Below, in pieces: positions 37,579-49,455 of a DNA stretch of 64,000 nt; the stretch's first letter is position 1, and each line of letters begins with the position of its first letter. This DNA is from Octopus vulgaris (lineage: Eukaryota). The stretch lies in assembly GCA_951406725.2 (NCBI GenBank), contig OX597822.1:100192001-100256000 (forward strand), written 5' to 3'. Position numbers and translations under genes: made by a program. The notes beneath the pieces are model-generated. The model was not told where the DNA came from, searched no databases, and was given only the letters and a program-made list of their open reading frames with translations.

Positions 37579-38072
37579 AATTCGTCTGATGTTCTAATGA
37601 TTCTGCTAATCTTCAAAATATGTCCTGCAGTATTTAGTTACAACCTTTCAGACTTTGAGTTCAAATCCCACTGTGGTCAACTTTACTGTTTATCCTTTTT
37701 GGGGTCGATAAAATACCAGCTAAGTAGTGGGTACATGACTAGTACTTTACTGTTAGCCTTGTGTTGATTCTAGAAGTTAGTATTATTAGATATTGACAAA
37801 GGTTTTAGAGCATAAAATAATCTCCTGGTGAGACAAAAGCCTGATCCAGTTTTAGTTCTTACTTTGAGCAAATTTACTTATGTTGCTAATGCACTGTGGG
37901 AATTTTGTTTCCCAACCACATGGTTTCAGGTTCAGTCCCACTGCAGGTCACCTTGGGCAACTGTCTTCTATAGCCCTTGGCTGATCAAAGCTTTGTGAGT
38001 AGACTTGGTTGGTGGAAACTGAAAAAGTCTGTTGTGTGCGTATAATAATCATATATATGCACACAACAGACT

Positions 38073-38103
<31 letters not shown>

Positions 38104-38132
38104 GCTCTTTGTTTGACATCTTACAATAGTTG

Positions 38133-38390
38133 GTATTAGGGCCACAACCTGGCAGACGGGGCTCTGGTGAAAATCCTCGGAGTGTCTTTTTCGGCAACCG
38201 GCGGCTCCTCAGTCGTTCTGTCCCTGCATCTGCGGACAATCTGCGGCAAACAGGATGTCTCTACATGCGGGATTGTTGGGGACCGCTTTTGAAATCCACA
38301 TATTCCCACAAAACTTCTTCCAAGCAGAAGAAGCCGACTCAACCCACGCAGGGTGAATGTCGCCACAAGTAGTAAGTAAGTAAGTAAGTT
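38133..38390 (+). mobile_element. Short GC-rich 5'-truncated retro-insertion with (TAAG)n tail, inside a SINE
   Basis: CpG-rich segment ending gtcgccacaagtagtaagtaagtaagtaagt; interrupts the SINE-like sequence starting ~37900. Confidence 0.55.
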
Positions 38391-38684
38391 GTAAATGAGT
38401 GTCACTGTTATATGAGTGGTGTCTCTTGTTTCCAGTCTTCCATGAAAACGTGTCTGGTCATTAAGAAATATTTTGATTGGAAACATGAGAGTGTTGGTAG
38501 CAGGAAGGACATCTGGTCATAAAAAAATCTGCCCCTATGAATTCCATCTGATCCATGCAATCATGGAAAAGGGAACAGTAAATGTGTATGTTTGTACCTA
38601 TGCATGCATGTATGTATGGGAGAAAAAAAAACCAAGACCAGGAGAATTCAGAAATATATTTAAATGTTATTTATAGTTTCTTAA

Positions 38685-39469
38685 CCCTTTAGCGTTTAAA
38701 CCAGCCATATCTGGCTCAAAATTTTCTACCTGTTTTATGTTATAATAGCCAAATCTGGCTTCTCACCTCTACCTAAAAATGTCATTTTTGTTAGCCGCTC
38801 TCCAGCCATCTATTTAAAACTGTATACAGCTATGGTACGACCACACTTGGAATTTGCATCATCAGTTTGGAACCCCTATCTTGCTCTGAACGTTGACCTC
38901 CTGGAATCTGTTCAGAAACGTGCAACCAAACGCATACCCTCCATCAGACACCTACCATACTCTGAGCGCCTTGTTTCCCTGGGCATGGATTCACTGAAGC
39001 TCCGGCGTCTGGCGATGGACTTGGTAAACACCCACAAAGTTATCAACCACCTCACCAACAACAACACTGAACACCTTTTTGATCTTCATGTGTCTAACAC
39101 ACGTGGACATGCCTACAAAGTCAGAAAACAACACAGCTCCCATGACTTTCGGAAACATTTTTTCATGCTCAGAGTTGCTGAAGCATGGAACAAACTGCCT
39201 GCGTCAGTTGTTGACTGCCATGACACTGCATCCTTTAAGGCCCTCATGCTTTCCGAAATCCGCCGAAACTACACCTGATTATATATACACTTTAGATGAG
39301 TTGTAGTGCACCTGAGCACTGTACACAATGTTTTTATTATTATTATTATTATTATTATAAGCAATCACGCCATTGAAATTTCAAAACTACAAAGATAATG
39401 CAGGATTAATTCATATCAATGTGAATGAGTATGTATTATATTTGACAGGATAATCTGATTGCTAAAGGG
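38685..39469. mobile_element. piggyBac-like MITE P2 interrupted by a CR1 LINE fragment
   Basis: ttaa|ccctttagcg...gctaaaggg|ttaa; the two halves match the intact copy at 59195-59415. Confidence 0.8.
38788..39357 (+). mobile_element. 5'-truncated CR1-clade LINE (C-terminus of ORF2 plus 3' UTR and (TAT)n tail)
   Basis: ORF 38832-39278: LYTAMVRPHLEFASSVWNPY...LESVQKRATK...YSERL..LG...L..RR...TRGH...RKHFF..RV...WNKLP, diagnostic of the CR1 RT C-terminus. Confidence 0.92.
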
Positions 39470-39553
39470 TTAAAAGCAAATACTTGGAGAAAGAGCAAAA
39501 CAATGGTTCTAGCTTTGAAACTAAACATGTTATCTACTTTTGTTCTTCTAGGT

Positions 39554-40038
39554 TAGTAGTTTTCAATTGGGGTCCACATGGCCCTTGGGGGTCCACATGA
39601 CCCTTGAGGGTCCTCATGGCCCTTGGGGGGTCCACATGACCCTTGGGGGTCCACATGACCCTTGGCGGTCCTCATGGCCCTTGGGGGTCCACATGACCCT
39701 TGGGGGGTCCTCATGGCCCTTGGGGGTTCACATGGCCCTTGGGGGTCCACATGACCCTTGGGGGTCCTCATGGCCCTTGAGGTCCACATGACCCTTGGGG
39801 GTCCTCATGGCCCTTGGGGAACCACATAAAATGTTGCTGTTAAAATTTGTGCAATAAATTGGTTATATTTCTACAATACGCAAAATATTTCATCACTTTT
39901 TATTATACAATCCCTAATAATATCTAATTATAAATATATAATAGGACCTTTTTAAGTATCAAATATCTATTAGGGTCCAGTAAAGTAAAAACTTGGAATC
40001 AAAGGGGTCCATAGGCAACAAGTAGTTCAGAACTGCTG
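39554..40038. mobile_element. hAT (Charlie-like) MITE containing a minisatellite
   Basis: Degenerate TIRs tagtagttttcaa / ttcagaactgctg; imperfect 8-bp TSD ttctaggt / ttctgagt. Confidence 0.55.
39568..39825. repeat. Minisatellite, 20-21-bp unit ggggtcc(a/t)catg(a/g)cccttg, about 12 copies
   Basis: Directly visible tandem repeats; the unit is quasi-palindromic around catg. Confidence 0.95.
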
Positions 40039-40291
40039 TTCTGAGTTTAAATCTTATAAAGTCTACCAAAAAGTTGGTTCACTGGTCAACATCATTAGAC
40101 TGTAGCCGGCATAATGGAATAGGAGCTTTATTTGCATATTCAAACGTTTCCCATAAACAAATTTAAGATGTATAGATTTTTCTTTTATTTATTTATTGTT
40201 TCTTTTATCAGTTTCAACTCAAATTTGTGGCAATTTTGCTAAACTGTTATTATTGAGAGCCTTCTCTGATATGTGGCATTTGGTGAATAAT

Positions 40292-40330
<39 letters not shown>

Positions 40331-40332
<2 letters not shown>

Positions 40333-40812
40333 CTTGTGAAGACCTGTTGAGGCAAGTGAAAATCAAACCAAATCAAAATAGATGAACATCAATGGAATTT
40401 GTATCTTTGTGGTACCACACAAGAAAACCATCCGAACGTGGCCGTAGCCAGTACCGCATCGACTGGCCTCCGTGCTGTGGGCACGTAACAAACACCATCC
40501 GGGCACGTAACAAACACCATCCGATCGTGGCCGTTCGCCAGCCTCTTCTGGCACTTGTGTCGGTGGCACATAAAAACACCATCCGAGCGTGGCCGTTCGC
40601 CAGCTTCGTCTGGCACCTGTGTCGGTGGCACATAAAATCACCCACTACACTCTCGGAGTGGTTGGCGTTAGGAAGGGCATCCAGCTGTAGAAACACTGCC
40701 AGATCTGACTGGCCTGGTGCAGCTTTCGGGCTACACAGACCCCGGTCGAACCGTCCAACCCATGCTAGCATGGAAAGCGGACGTTAAATGAGGATGATGA
40801 TGATGATGATGA
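40331..40812 (+). mobile_element. RTE 3'-end-derived repeat
   Basis: gtgaagacctgttgaggcaagtgaa, repeated modules, core motif, (GAT)n tail. Confidence 0.85.
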
Positions 40813-41097
40813 TATATATATATATATATAAGACCCAAAGGTGTCAGATAATGCCGAGTAAGTGCTATGGACAGATCATAGTTAAGTTCCAGGTTCTGTG
40901 ATTATGCGAATAAGGAGTCCAACGTAGGTCATATATCAGCATGTGTATATGTAAAAAAAATTTTTAATATATATTTAGATATATATATTTATATGTACAC
41001 ACACATATATTTATATGTATATATATATGTATATTTATATGTACATATATATATATTTATAAGTACATATATTTATTTATATATATATATATATATA

Positions 41098-41209
41098 TCA
41101 CCGTGACCGACCAGGCCATCAGATGTTGTTACACATCGGTGGTCACAATGCGCTTCGCATTGTTTTAGCCTTCAAATGACGCCACCCCGCTGGCTAAGCG
41201 AGCAGGCCA

Positions 41210-41210
<1 letters not shown>
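41098..41210. repeat. Short structured GC-rich insert between (TA)n tracts (probable retroelement end)
   Basis: Non-microsatellite 113-bp island with hairpins gatg..catc, gtgacc..ggtcac and caatgcg-cttcg-cattg. Confidence 0.5.
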
Positions 41211-41285
<75 letters not shown>

Positions 41286-41559
41286 TTATTTACACACACA
41301 CACACATATATATATATATGCATATATATTTATACATACACACACACATATATATATATGTATAAAATTTAGTGATGCATCAGCTGAATTGCGTAAAACT
41401 GGAAGGCTACTGGCTTGTACTATTTTAATTTAAAATGTGTTTAATGACGTAAAATGTTTTCAAACCACATCAATTAAAGAATCTAACGGGGGCAAAAAAA
41501 AGAAGGTTCTCGACTAAATTAATTTATATATATAACGGTTGATAGGTTGATAGATTGCA

Positions 41560-41756
41560 ATAGTTAAGTTTCTTTTAAGTGGTGAACCGATCGCTGGAAA
41601 ACTGGCGTTGTTATTACTGCGCTAGCTCTGCATTGTTGTTCTCACTAAATTACCACAGACACCAACCATGCCATGTGCATTCTCTTCTAACGCTACGACG
41701 ACTATCGCTATTATTACTTCCGGCGCAGGTCGCTCCCACAATTCCCTGTCACAGGT
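41560..41756 (+). promoter_or_regulatory. Putative CpG-rich promoter/5' UTR of the UBE2O-like gene
   Basis: Local CpG enrichment in non-repeat DNA; ETS-type motif ACTTCCGG at 41716-41723 just upstream of the ATG. TSS not determinable. Confidence 0.55.
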
Positions 41757-41966
41757 ATGGCTGCCTGCAATATATTCGACGAAGATGAAGTGTGTATGGT
41801 AACCGATAAAGGCTGTGTATACGGGCTGGTACTGGAAAATTCGGAGTATGTCAGCAGTGATGAAGAACAGAACGATCCAGATCAATTTTGCGACTGTGTA
41901 CGGCGGGGTACTGTTCGTGTAGCATGGCATCCAGACGGCAAAGAATCGGTCGTTCCAGAGTGCAAG
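41757..41966 (+). CDS. UBE2O: First coding exon of (E3-independent) E2 ubiquitin-conjugating enzyme UBE2O-like
   Basis: MAACNIFDEDEVCMVTDKGCVYGLVLENSEYVSSDEE...VRRGTVRVAWHPDGKESVVPECK resembles the UBE2O N-terminus (human RRGYVRVQWYPEG, recalled). 70 codons, ending at a phase-0 donor AAG|GTGAGA (41966/41967). No further exon recognised in the window. Confidence 0.85.
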
Positions 41967-44214
41967 GTGAGATAATGCTTCTTTTTTTTTTCTGTTTTAC
42001 CACTTTTTACTTAATTATTTCTGTTTCATCGTTTGTATTTTTTTTAAATTCTCGATTTTTTGAAACTCTCCTAAGGCCGAAATGTCTAATAGCGTCACCG
42101 TCCCTTTTTAACCATTGTCCCCTGACGTTAAGCTTTACTAAATTGTTATTTGGAATTCATCTGTAATAATACTTGGGATAATTTCTCTTTAACATGACCA
42201 AATTTAGTTCTTTAATAAAATTAAAAAAGAAATCTGTCGCGTTGATTATTTAGCTCTTTCCTTAACCCCCATACAAACAGGATTAGTATATAATGTTCGT
42301 GCATATGTCATTGATGTATCGCAGTTCTATTACTTAGCCAGGCTGCTTATTTAATCGTACGTATTCTTTCCGAAGCGAATATTCATTGTGAATTTTGCAA
42401 AAAAACTTCCAACGTTTAAAACAAACTCGAATGGCTGGTCATAAATATTTACACGAGTGCAATTAGCTGTGTAAGAGTTTTTTAATTTGAAGTCCGCTCA
42501 CAGCAACAACAAGAACATGACATCACAAATTAAAACAGATGTGGTGTAGTGATGCTCATGCCTTTCTCAAGGCGTTGTTACAATACGTGGTTTCAGGTGG
42601 AAATTCAAAGTATTTTATGCCAAGAACTTTCTACTGCATTCGTTAGTTTTCGAGATGCTACATATTTCTAGAATACCTTGTAGTTTTTCACTGTTTTTCT
42701 TTTAATGACATTGTTTTTTAACACATTAATTACTTATTATTGTTACGTATTTATAATTTATTGTGTCAGCTATTTTTCTTTAATTACATTTTCAAATACC
42801 TTTCCCGAAAATTCGTTTTTACATATGGCTCATTTCCAGGCTTGCTGAGTATTCTTCAGCTTGTAAAATACACACGATATGTCCCACGAAAGTGTAAAGG
42901 TGTATTTTTAGTCTGCATAAGAAATTATCACCATTATTCCAATTACCTCATGGTAGATTTTTTTTTTTCTATGAAATGACATCAGTCTATTTAGCTTTCT
43001 TCATCATTTCTCGCTTTATTTACAATTGAAGAATGCGATTTATTACTATTACAACTATTTTTTTTTAGATATCGAAATAGTTTGCAAATAATGTCTTCGA
43101 TGCCTATTGATAGTTTTTGGTTTTCTCAACTGTTGAACTTGTCTTGTTTTTCATATAATTAAATAGACTGTTGCTATTTTTTCTGTATATAAATGTGTCC
43201 ATCCATCCATCAACTCGTACAGCTTTTAAACTTGTTTGGGGCTAAATCTTTACAACTTGAACGATTGATAGAATTTTCATTTTTGTTGATGTGATAAATG
43301 TCATGTCTTTTGATTTTCTAAAAGAAGTTTATAAATACAATATCTTATCAGTTTTCATGCACTATTCCCACAGGACTGGGAAATATATCTCATGTTCTAA
43401 ATTAATTTCATTTGGGTATTTAAGCAATATTTGTTTTATAACTGTAATTCCAATCTCCTGCAACTCCTCAGACTCAACATTTAATTGCATTAATTTCACT
43501 CACTCAGTCGCTCCTCACCACTTCTAAGGATGTTTATAAGGGCATTGACCCATCTTACTCCTTCTCAGACTGGCTTCGATGTTTCTTTTGAAGTACATTA
43601 AACCGCCACTAACCATGAATTTGCATATGTCATCCGATTACGTTCCAGTCTTTCCAACGTCATTACATATTCACTACAAAAATGCAACACTCTGAGAGAT
43701 CAGCTGGTTATGATATTACCAAGTGATGCTAGCACTGACAAATCAGTGTAGTGTATCCCATCGCTAACGATATTGGCCGTGTAGGTGTTTATATATTATA
43801 TAGATTTCATAGATTGATATGATATAGATTTCACTGATATATTACAATTTCAACCTATGTAATACCAATTTGATTCCTATAAATTCAATTTAGATAACAT
43901 ATATCTGTTTTACATTGCATACATATCCTTGTGAAATATGTGAAGAATTTTGGTTATGTAATATATGTATATAATTATATAATCCTAGTACTAACACGAT
44001 ATCATAAATATAGCGTTTTGGCAATGCACTTTTATATATAACGATTTTATTGAATGTATTTTATGTATGCAGATACACACATATATGTTTATTGTATATT
44101 TACTTAATAAGCGTTTATCACATATTTTTACTATTTTATATATAATTACATAAAAATAGTTATATATATTAAATATGATATATATTTATTGTATATTTAT
44201 ATAATAAATATATA

Positions 44215-44565
44215 GGCGCAGGAGTGGCTGTATGTTAAGTAGCTTGCTTACCAACCACATGGTTCCGGATTCAGTGCCACTCCGTGGCACCTTGAGCAAG
44301 TGTCTTCTATAGCCTTGGTCTGACCAAAGCCTTGTGAGTGGATTTGGTAGATGGAAACTGAAAGAAGCCTGTCGTGTGTATGTGTTTGTCCCTGCAACAT
44401 CGCTTGTGTGTTTATGTCCCTGTAACTTAGCAGTTCAGCAAAAGAGACCGATAGAATAAGTATTAGGCTTACAAAGAATAAGTCCTAGCGTCAATTTGTT
44501 CAACTAAAGGTGGTGCTTCAGCATAGCCGCAGTCAAATGACTGAAACAAGTAAAAGAGTAAAAGA
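44215..44565 (+). mobile_element. CORE-like tRNA SINE (family A)
   Basis: ggcgcaggagtggctg...gaaacaagtaaaagagtaaaaga. Confidence 0.85.
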
Positions 44566-45189
44566 CTATATAACAAGTTATATAATGCATATATTTATAA
44601 TAATCATGTATTATATAACAAATGTATGCATACTCCATGAAGTGGTTGGCATTAGGAAGGGCATCTAGCTGTAGAAACCATGCCAAAGCAGATATTTGAA
44701 CTTGGCTTAGCTCCCTGTTTCATCTGTTCATTTGAACTATCCAACCCATGAGGAAAGAGGTGTTAAATGATGATATGTTTATATATGTAACATATATTTC
44801 TCAGTATGACTTACACTTTCTCGTGTCCTTTTGCTTCTCTCTCACACATTCTCTCATGCAGCCTACTCCTACCAATTCCCACCACACCTTCCTCTTACTT
44901 TTTCTCTACACTAGCATTCACTTCGTCTCTTTCTAGAGTTCAAAGACACCATTATTGTTTATGGTCTGTGTATTTTAATTGTTTCCATTTGTCCACTATG
45001 TTTCATTTGAAAAACTTGTGTTTGTTTTGTTGTTTTCTCTTCTGGTGCTCTTCAGATGAATGATCTCATGTTTTCCATTACCAAAGTTGTAGGTGATTCT
45101 GGTTAAAAACATGGCTGACGAAATGGGTTCGTCCATCTCTCTTCATTATCCTTTCCATTAATACATGTCTTTTTCAATATTATTTTGAT

Positions 45190-45486
45190 CACGTAAAAGC
45201 ACCATCCGTTCGTGTCCGTTGCCAGCATCGCCTGGCCCCGTGCCGGTGACACGTAAAAGCACCATCCGTTCGTGGCCGTTTGCCAGCTCTGTCTGGCACC
45301 TGTGCAGGTGGCACGTAAAAAAGCACCCACTACACTCGTGGAGTGGTTGGCGTTAGGAAGGGCATCCAGCCGTAGAAACACTGCCAGATCTGACTGGGCC
45401 TGACGAAGCCTTCCAGCTTCACAGACCCCAGTTGACCCGTCCAACCCATGCTAGCATGGAAAGCGGACGCTAAATGATGATGATGA
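45190..45486 (+). mobile_element. RTE 3'-end-derived repeat
   Basis: cacgtaaaagcacc modules, core motif, (GAT)n tail. Confidence 0.85.
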
Positions 45487-45514
45487 TAGTTGTATGAGTG
45501 TGTACATACATACA

Positions 45515-45564
<50 letters not shown>

Positions 45565-45574
45565 TGTATACCAT

Positions 45575-46630
45575 CATTGTCATCGTTTGATGTCCACTTT
45601 TCATGCTGGCATGAGTTGGATGGTTTGACTGAAGGCTGGCAAGCCAGAAGACTGCACCAGGCTCCAATCTGATCTGGCAAAGTTTCTACAGCTGGATGCC
45701 CTTCCTAACACCAACCACTTTGAGAGTGTAGTGGGTGTGCTTTTTATGTACCACTTGCATGGGGTCCGGTCAGACAGTACTGGCATTGACCACACTTGAA
45801 TGGTGCTTTTTACGTGCCACTGGCATGGGAGCCAGTCAGGCAGCACTGGCAACGACCCTGCTTAAACGGTACATTTTACATGTCACCAGCATGGGAGCCA
45901 GTCAGGTGGCACTGGCATCGACCTTATTGAATGGTGCTTTTTATGTGCCATCAGCATAGGTGCCGATCAGGCAGTACTGGCATCGGCCACGACAATGACT
46001 TCACTTGACTCAACAGGTCTTCGCAAGCGCAGTTTATTGCCCAATGATTGAAGGGTACTTTTAAATGGGCCAGTGATGCTGCACTGGCATAGGCCACAGT
46101 TACGGTCTCACTTGGCTTGTCAGGTCTTCTCAAGTACAGCATAACTTCAAAGTCTCAGTCACTTGTCATCGCCTCTGTGAGGCCCAACGTTCAATGGTTG
46201 TGCTTCACTACCTCATTCCAGGTCTTCCTGGGTCTACCTCTTCCACAGGTTCCTTCTACTGCTAGGGTGTGACACTTTTTCACACAGCTGTCCTCATCCA
46301 TATGCAACACATGACCATACCAGTGTAGTCATCTCTCTTGCACACCACATGTGATGCTTCTTATGTCCAACTTTTCTCTGAGGGCGCTTACACTCTGTTG
46401 TGTATGCACACTGACATTACACATCCAGCAGATCATATTAGCTTCATTCCTTGCAGGTTTACACATGTCCTCAGCAGTCACGGCCCATGTTTCACTGCCA
46501 TGTAGCATGGCTGTTTGCACATGTCATACAGTCTACCTTTTCCTCTGAGCAAAAGGCCCTTTGTCACCAGCAGGTTACACTCTCAGAGCAGCAGCCCTCT
46601 CTACTGACTTGGTCACCTAGGTAATGGAAG
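45575..46630 (-). mobile_element. RTE LINE 3' fragment (ORF C-terminus plus complete 3' UTR)
   Basis: QTAMLHGSETWAVTAEDM...RNEANMICWMCNV...REKLDIRSI (46329-46520), followed by UTR modules and a GAT-like tail; links the abundant GAT-tailed repeat to RTE. Confidence 0.9.
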
Positions 46631-46731
46631 TACATTTTCAGTTTGTGTTAACCTCATGAAGGGATTGGTTTAAGCCAAGGAAATACCTGTTCAATACCTA
46701 GTATATATTATATATATTTATTTATATACAC

Positions 46732-47535
46732 ACAGGGTGTGGTGAATAACCTGTTGTCTAAATTATGCAAAAATGGAAATAACACTGACATCTCATTTTA
46801 ACAGGTATATTTTCCAAAATTACATAAAAATATCTTGAAATACTAACGAGTAAATTTATTTAATAAAATTGCCATAGCCTCCAGACAGTTTTGGAATCTT
46901 CTGCAACTCTTCTGGATGGTCTCCTTGTTTACCCATAATTCTTGCCTTCAGTTCATCTTCGGTGTTACATGGAGTTTTGTTGGTCTTTTACTCATCTGTG
47001 CCCCACACATAATAATCAAGCAGGTTGCTGCCTGGTGAGTTAGATCGCCAGATGTTAGGGGTGATGTGGTCACAAAAATTGTCTGACAGCCATGACTGGG
47101 TTCTCCTGCTTGTGTGGCACGGTGCAGAGTCCTGTTACCAGATATAGGGTCTTCCGGCAGCCACCCTCTTAACACAGGGTAGCACTACCTCCTCAAGGCA
47201 CTTGATGTAGGCTGCCGTGTTGAGCCTGAGGCCATGTGGGAAGATAAAGGCATAATGTCGCCCTCACTTTTGATCACTCCAAACACCTTGACGTTGACTG
47301 GATGTTTGATTTTTATCACTCTCAGTGCATGTCCTTGTATTGCACTATCCTCAGATTGACACCCAAACACTGAAATATTTATATTGGAGCTTCCGGTGCA
47401 AATGCCAAGCAGTACAGCATGTCATTTGCAAATTTTTGGCTAAGTGAGTTGCGTCATAGTGCTGTTTTTCTCAGACAGTGCCCAGTTGACAAAACCAATC
47501 TATGCACATGCATGAAATAAAAAATATAAAATGAC
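46732..47535 (-). mobile_element. Degenerate Tc1/mariner-superfamily transposon
   Basis: Terminal cagggtg; minus-strand remnants KHPVNVKVFGVIKSEGDIMP and frameshifted pieces of QDSAPCH and DYYVWG. Confidence 0.7.
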
Positions 47536-47550
47536 GACATTTTACCCATT

Positions 47551-49047
47551 GCACCAGACTCCAATCTTGATCTGGCAGAGTTTCTACTGCTGGCTGCTCT
47601 TCCTAACACCAACTACTCTGAGAGTGTAGTGGGTGCTTTTACGTGCCACCGGCATGAGGGCCAGTCAGGCGGTACTGGCAATGGCCACGCTCAAATGGTG
47701 TTTTTTATGTGCCACCTGCACAGGAGCCAGTCTGACACTGGCAACGACCTCACTTGAATGTTTTTTCATGTGCCACTGGCACAAGTACCAATAAGGTGAT
47801 GCAGGTAAAGATCCTGCTCGAATGGTGCTCTTAGTGCTCCACTAGCACGGATGCCAGTCTTCGAAATTGATTTCGATTTCACTTACCTCAACAGGTCTTC
47901 GCAAGCAGAGTTAAGTATCCAATGAAGGAAAGGTACGCATAAGTGGGCTGGTTACATCCCTGGCATAAGCCACGAGGTTATGGTCTCACTTGGCTTGCCG
48001 GGTCTTCTGAAGCACAGCGTATTTCCAAAGGTCTCGGTCACTAGTCATTGCCTTGTGAGGCCTAATGTTTGAAGGTCATGCTTCACCACCTCATCCCAGG
48101 TCTTCCTGGGTCTACCTCTTCCACAGGTACCCTCAACCGCTAGGGTGTGGCACTTTTTCACACAGATATCCTCACCCATTCTTGCCACATGACCATACCA
48201 GCACAGTCGTCTCTCTTGCACACCACATGTGGTGCTTCTTAGGTCCAGCTTTTCTCTCAAAGTACTTACACTCTGTCGAGTATGCACACTGACATTACAC
48301 ATCCATCGGAGCATACTGGCTTCATTCCTTGCGAGCTTACGCATGTCTTCAGCAGTCTTGGCCCATGTTTCGCTGCCATGTAGCATGGCTGTTCGTACAC
48401 ATGCGTCATACAGTCTACCTTTTACTCTGAGCGAGAGGCCCTTTGTCACCAGCAGAGGTAAGAGCTCACTGAACTTTGCCCAAGCTATTCTTATTCTAGC
48501 AGCTACACTTTCAGCACACACACCCCCACTACTGACTTCGTCACGTAGGTAACAGAAGCTATCAACTACTTCTAGCTTTTCTCCCTGGAATGTGGCGGAA
48601 GTTCTCTGCACATTTGCAGTGTTTATTGTTCCTGAGCATCTGCCACATAGAAAAACTATCTTCCCAGTTAGCCTTCCTTTGATATTGCTGCACCTCTTAT
48701 GTGTCCATAGCTTACACCAGGTACATCTTATGGAGTTTCTACCTACACCTTTTCTACAGATCAAGCAGAGCCATCTACCTGAAGGGATTTGTGGTTTGCC
48801 TGTCTTCCTACTTATTAGCTAGGTTAACTCTGTGGCCCTTCGGTTCTAATCCTTGTTTCCACACCTGAAACTTCTCTAGTTTTGATAGTGACTCAGCAAT
48901 TAGAGCAAGGTCGTCAGCATAGAGGAGCTCCCAAGGGGCATCCTGTCTTGAATTCCTCTGTTATTGCCTGGAAGACTATGATAAATAGTAGAGGGCTGGG
49001 GACTGAACCTTGGTGGACCCCTACCTCTACTTGGAATTTGTCACTGT
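47551..49047 (-). mobile_element. RTE-clade LINE, 5'-truncated (RT C-terminal half, PHD-like finger, thumb, 3' UTR)
   Basis: GVHQGSVPSPLLF (~48985-49022), LYADD (~48910-48925), and ORF 48045-48764 with SFCYL, AMLHGSETW, WYGHVARM, GRGRPRKTW; frameshifted. Confidence 0.93.
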
Positions 49048-49102
49048 CTATATATAAATAATATATATATATGTTTATATACACACATGCACACAGCACA
49101 TT

Positions 49103-49392
49103 ACCAACAGTAAACAACATGAAATACGAAAACAAGAGAGTTCAATACACAAACAAAGAAAGAAACAAATGGAAAACAGCATGAGTAACATAAAGAACGA
49201 CCCTTCATCGGTTATCGCCTGTTTATCTACTCCTTATTTTGACCATTGATTGACAATATGAGTCTTTGAAAACAGATGCCCCTATAAGTAATAAGGTCAT
49301 TCTTTGTTATTTGTCCTGTTTTCCATTTGTTTCTCTCATTGTTTGCATATTGAACTCATTTGTTTTTGTATTTCATGTTGTTTACTGTTGGT
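49103..49392. repeat. Inverted repeat, ~100-bp arms, ~92-bp spacer, between microsatellites
   Basis: accaacagtaaacaacatgaaatac...aaagaacgacc (49103-49202) pairs with ggtcattcttt...gtatttcatgttgtttactgttggt (49295-49392). Confidence 0.85.
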
Positions 49393-49415
49393 GACATCCT
49401 GTACCCATATATGCA

Positions 49416-49455
<40 letters not shown>

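Noticed and set aside
41579-41930. Alternative ORFs overlapping the UBE2O exon (41579-41788 +, 41622-41930 -)
   Set aside because: No recognisable motifs; explained by higher GC content of the real exon and promoter.
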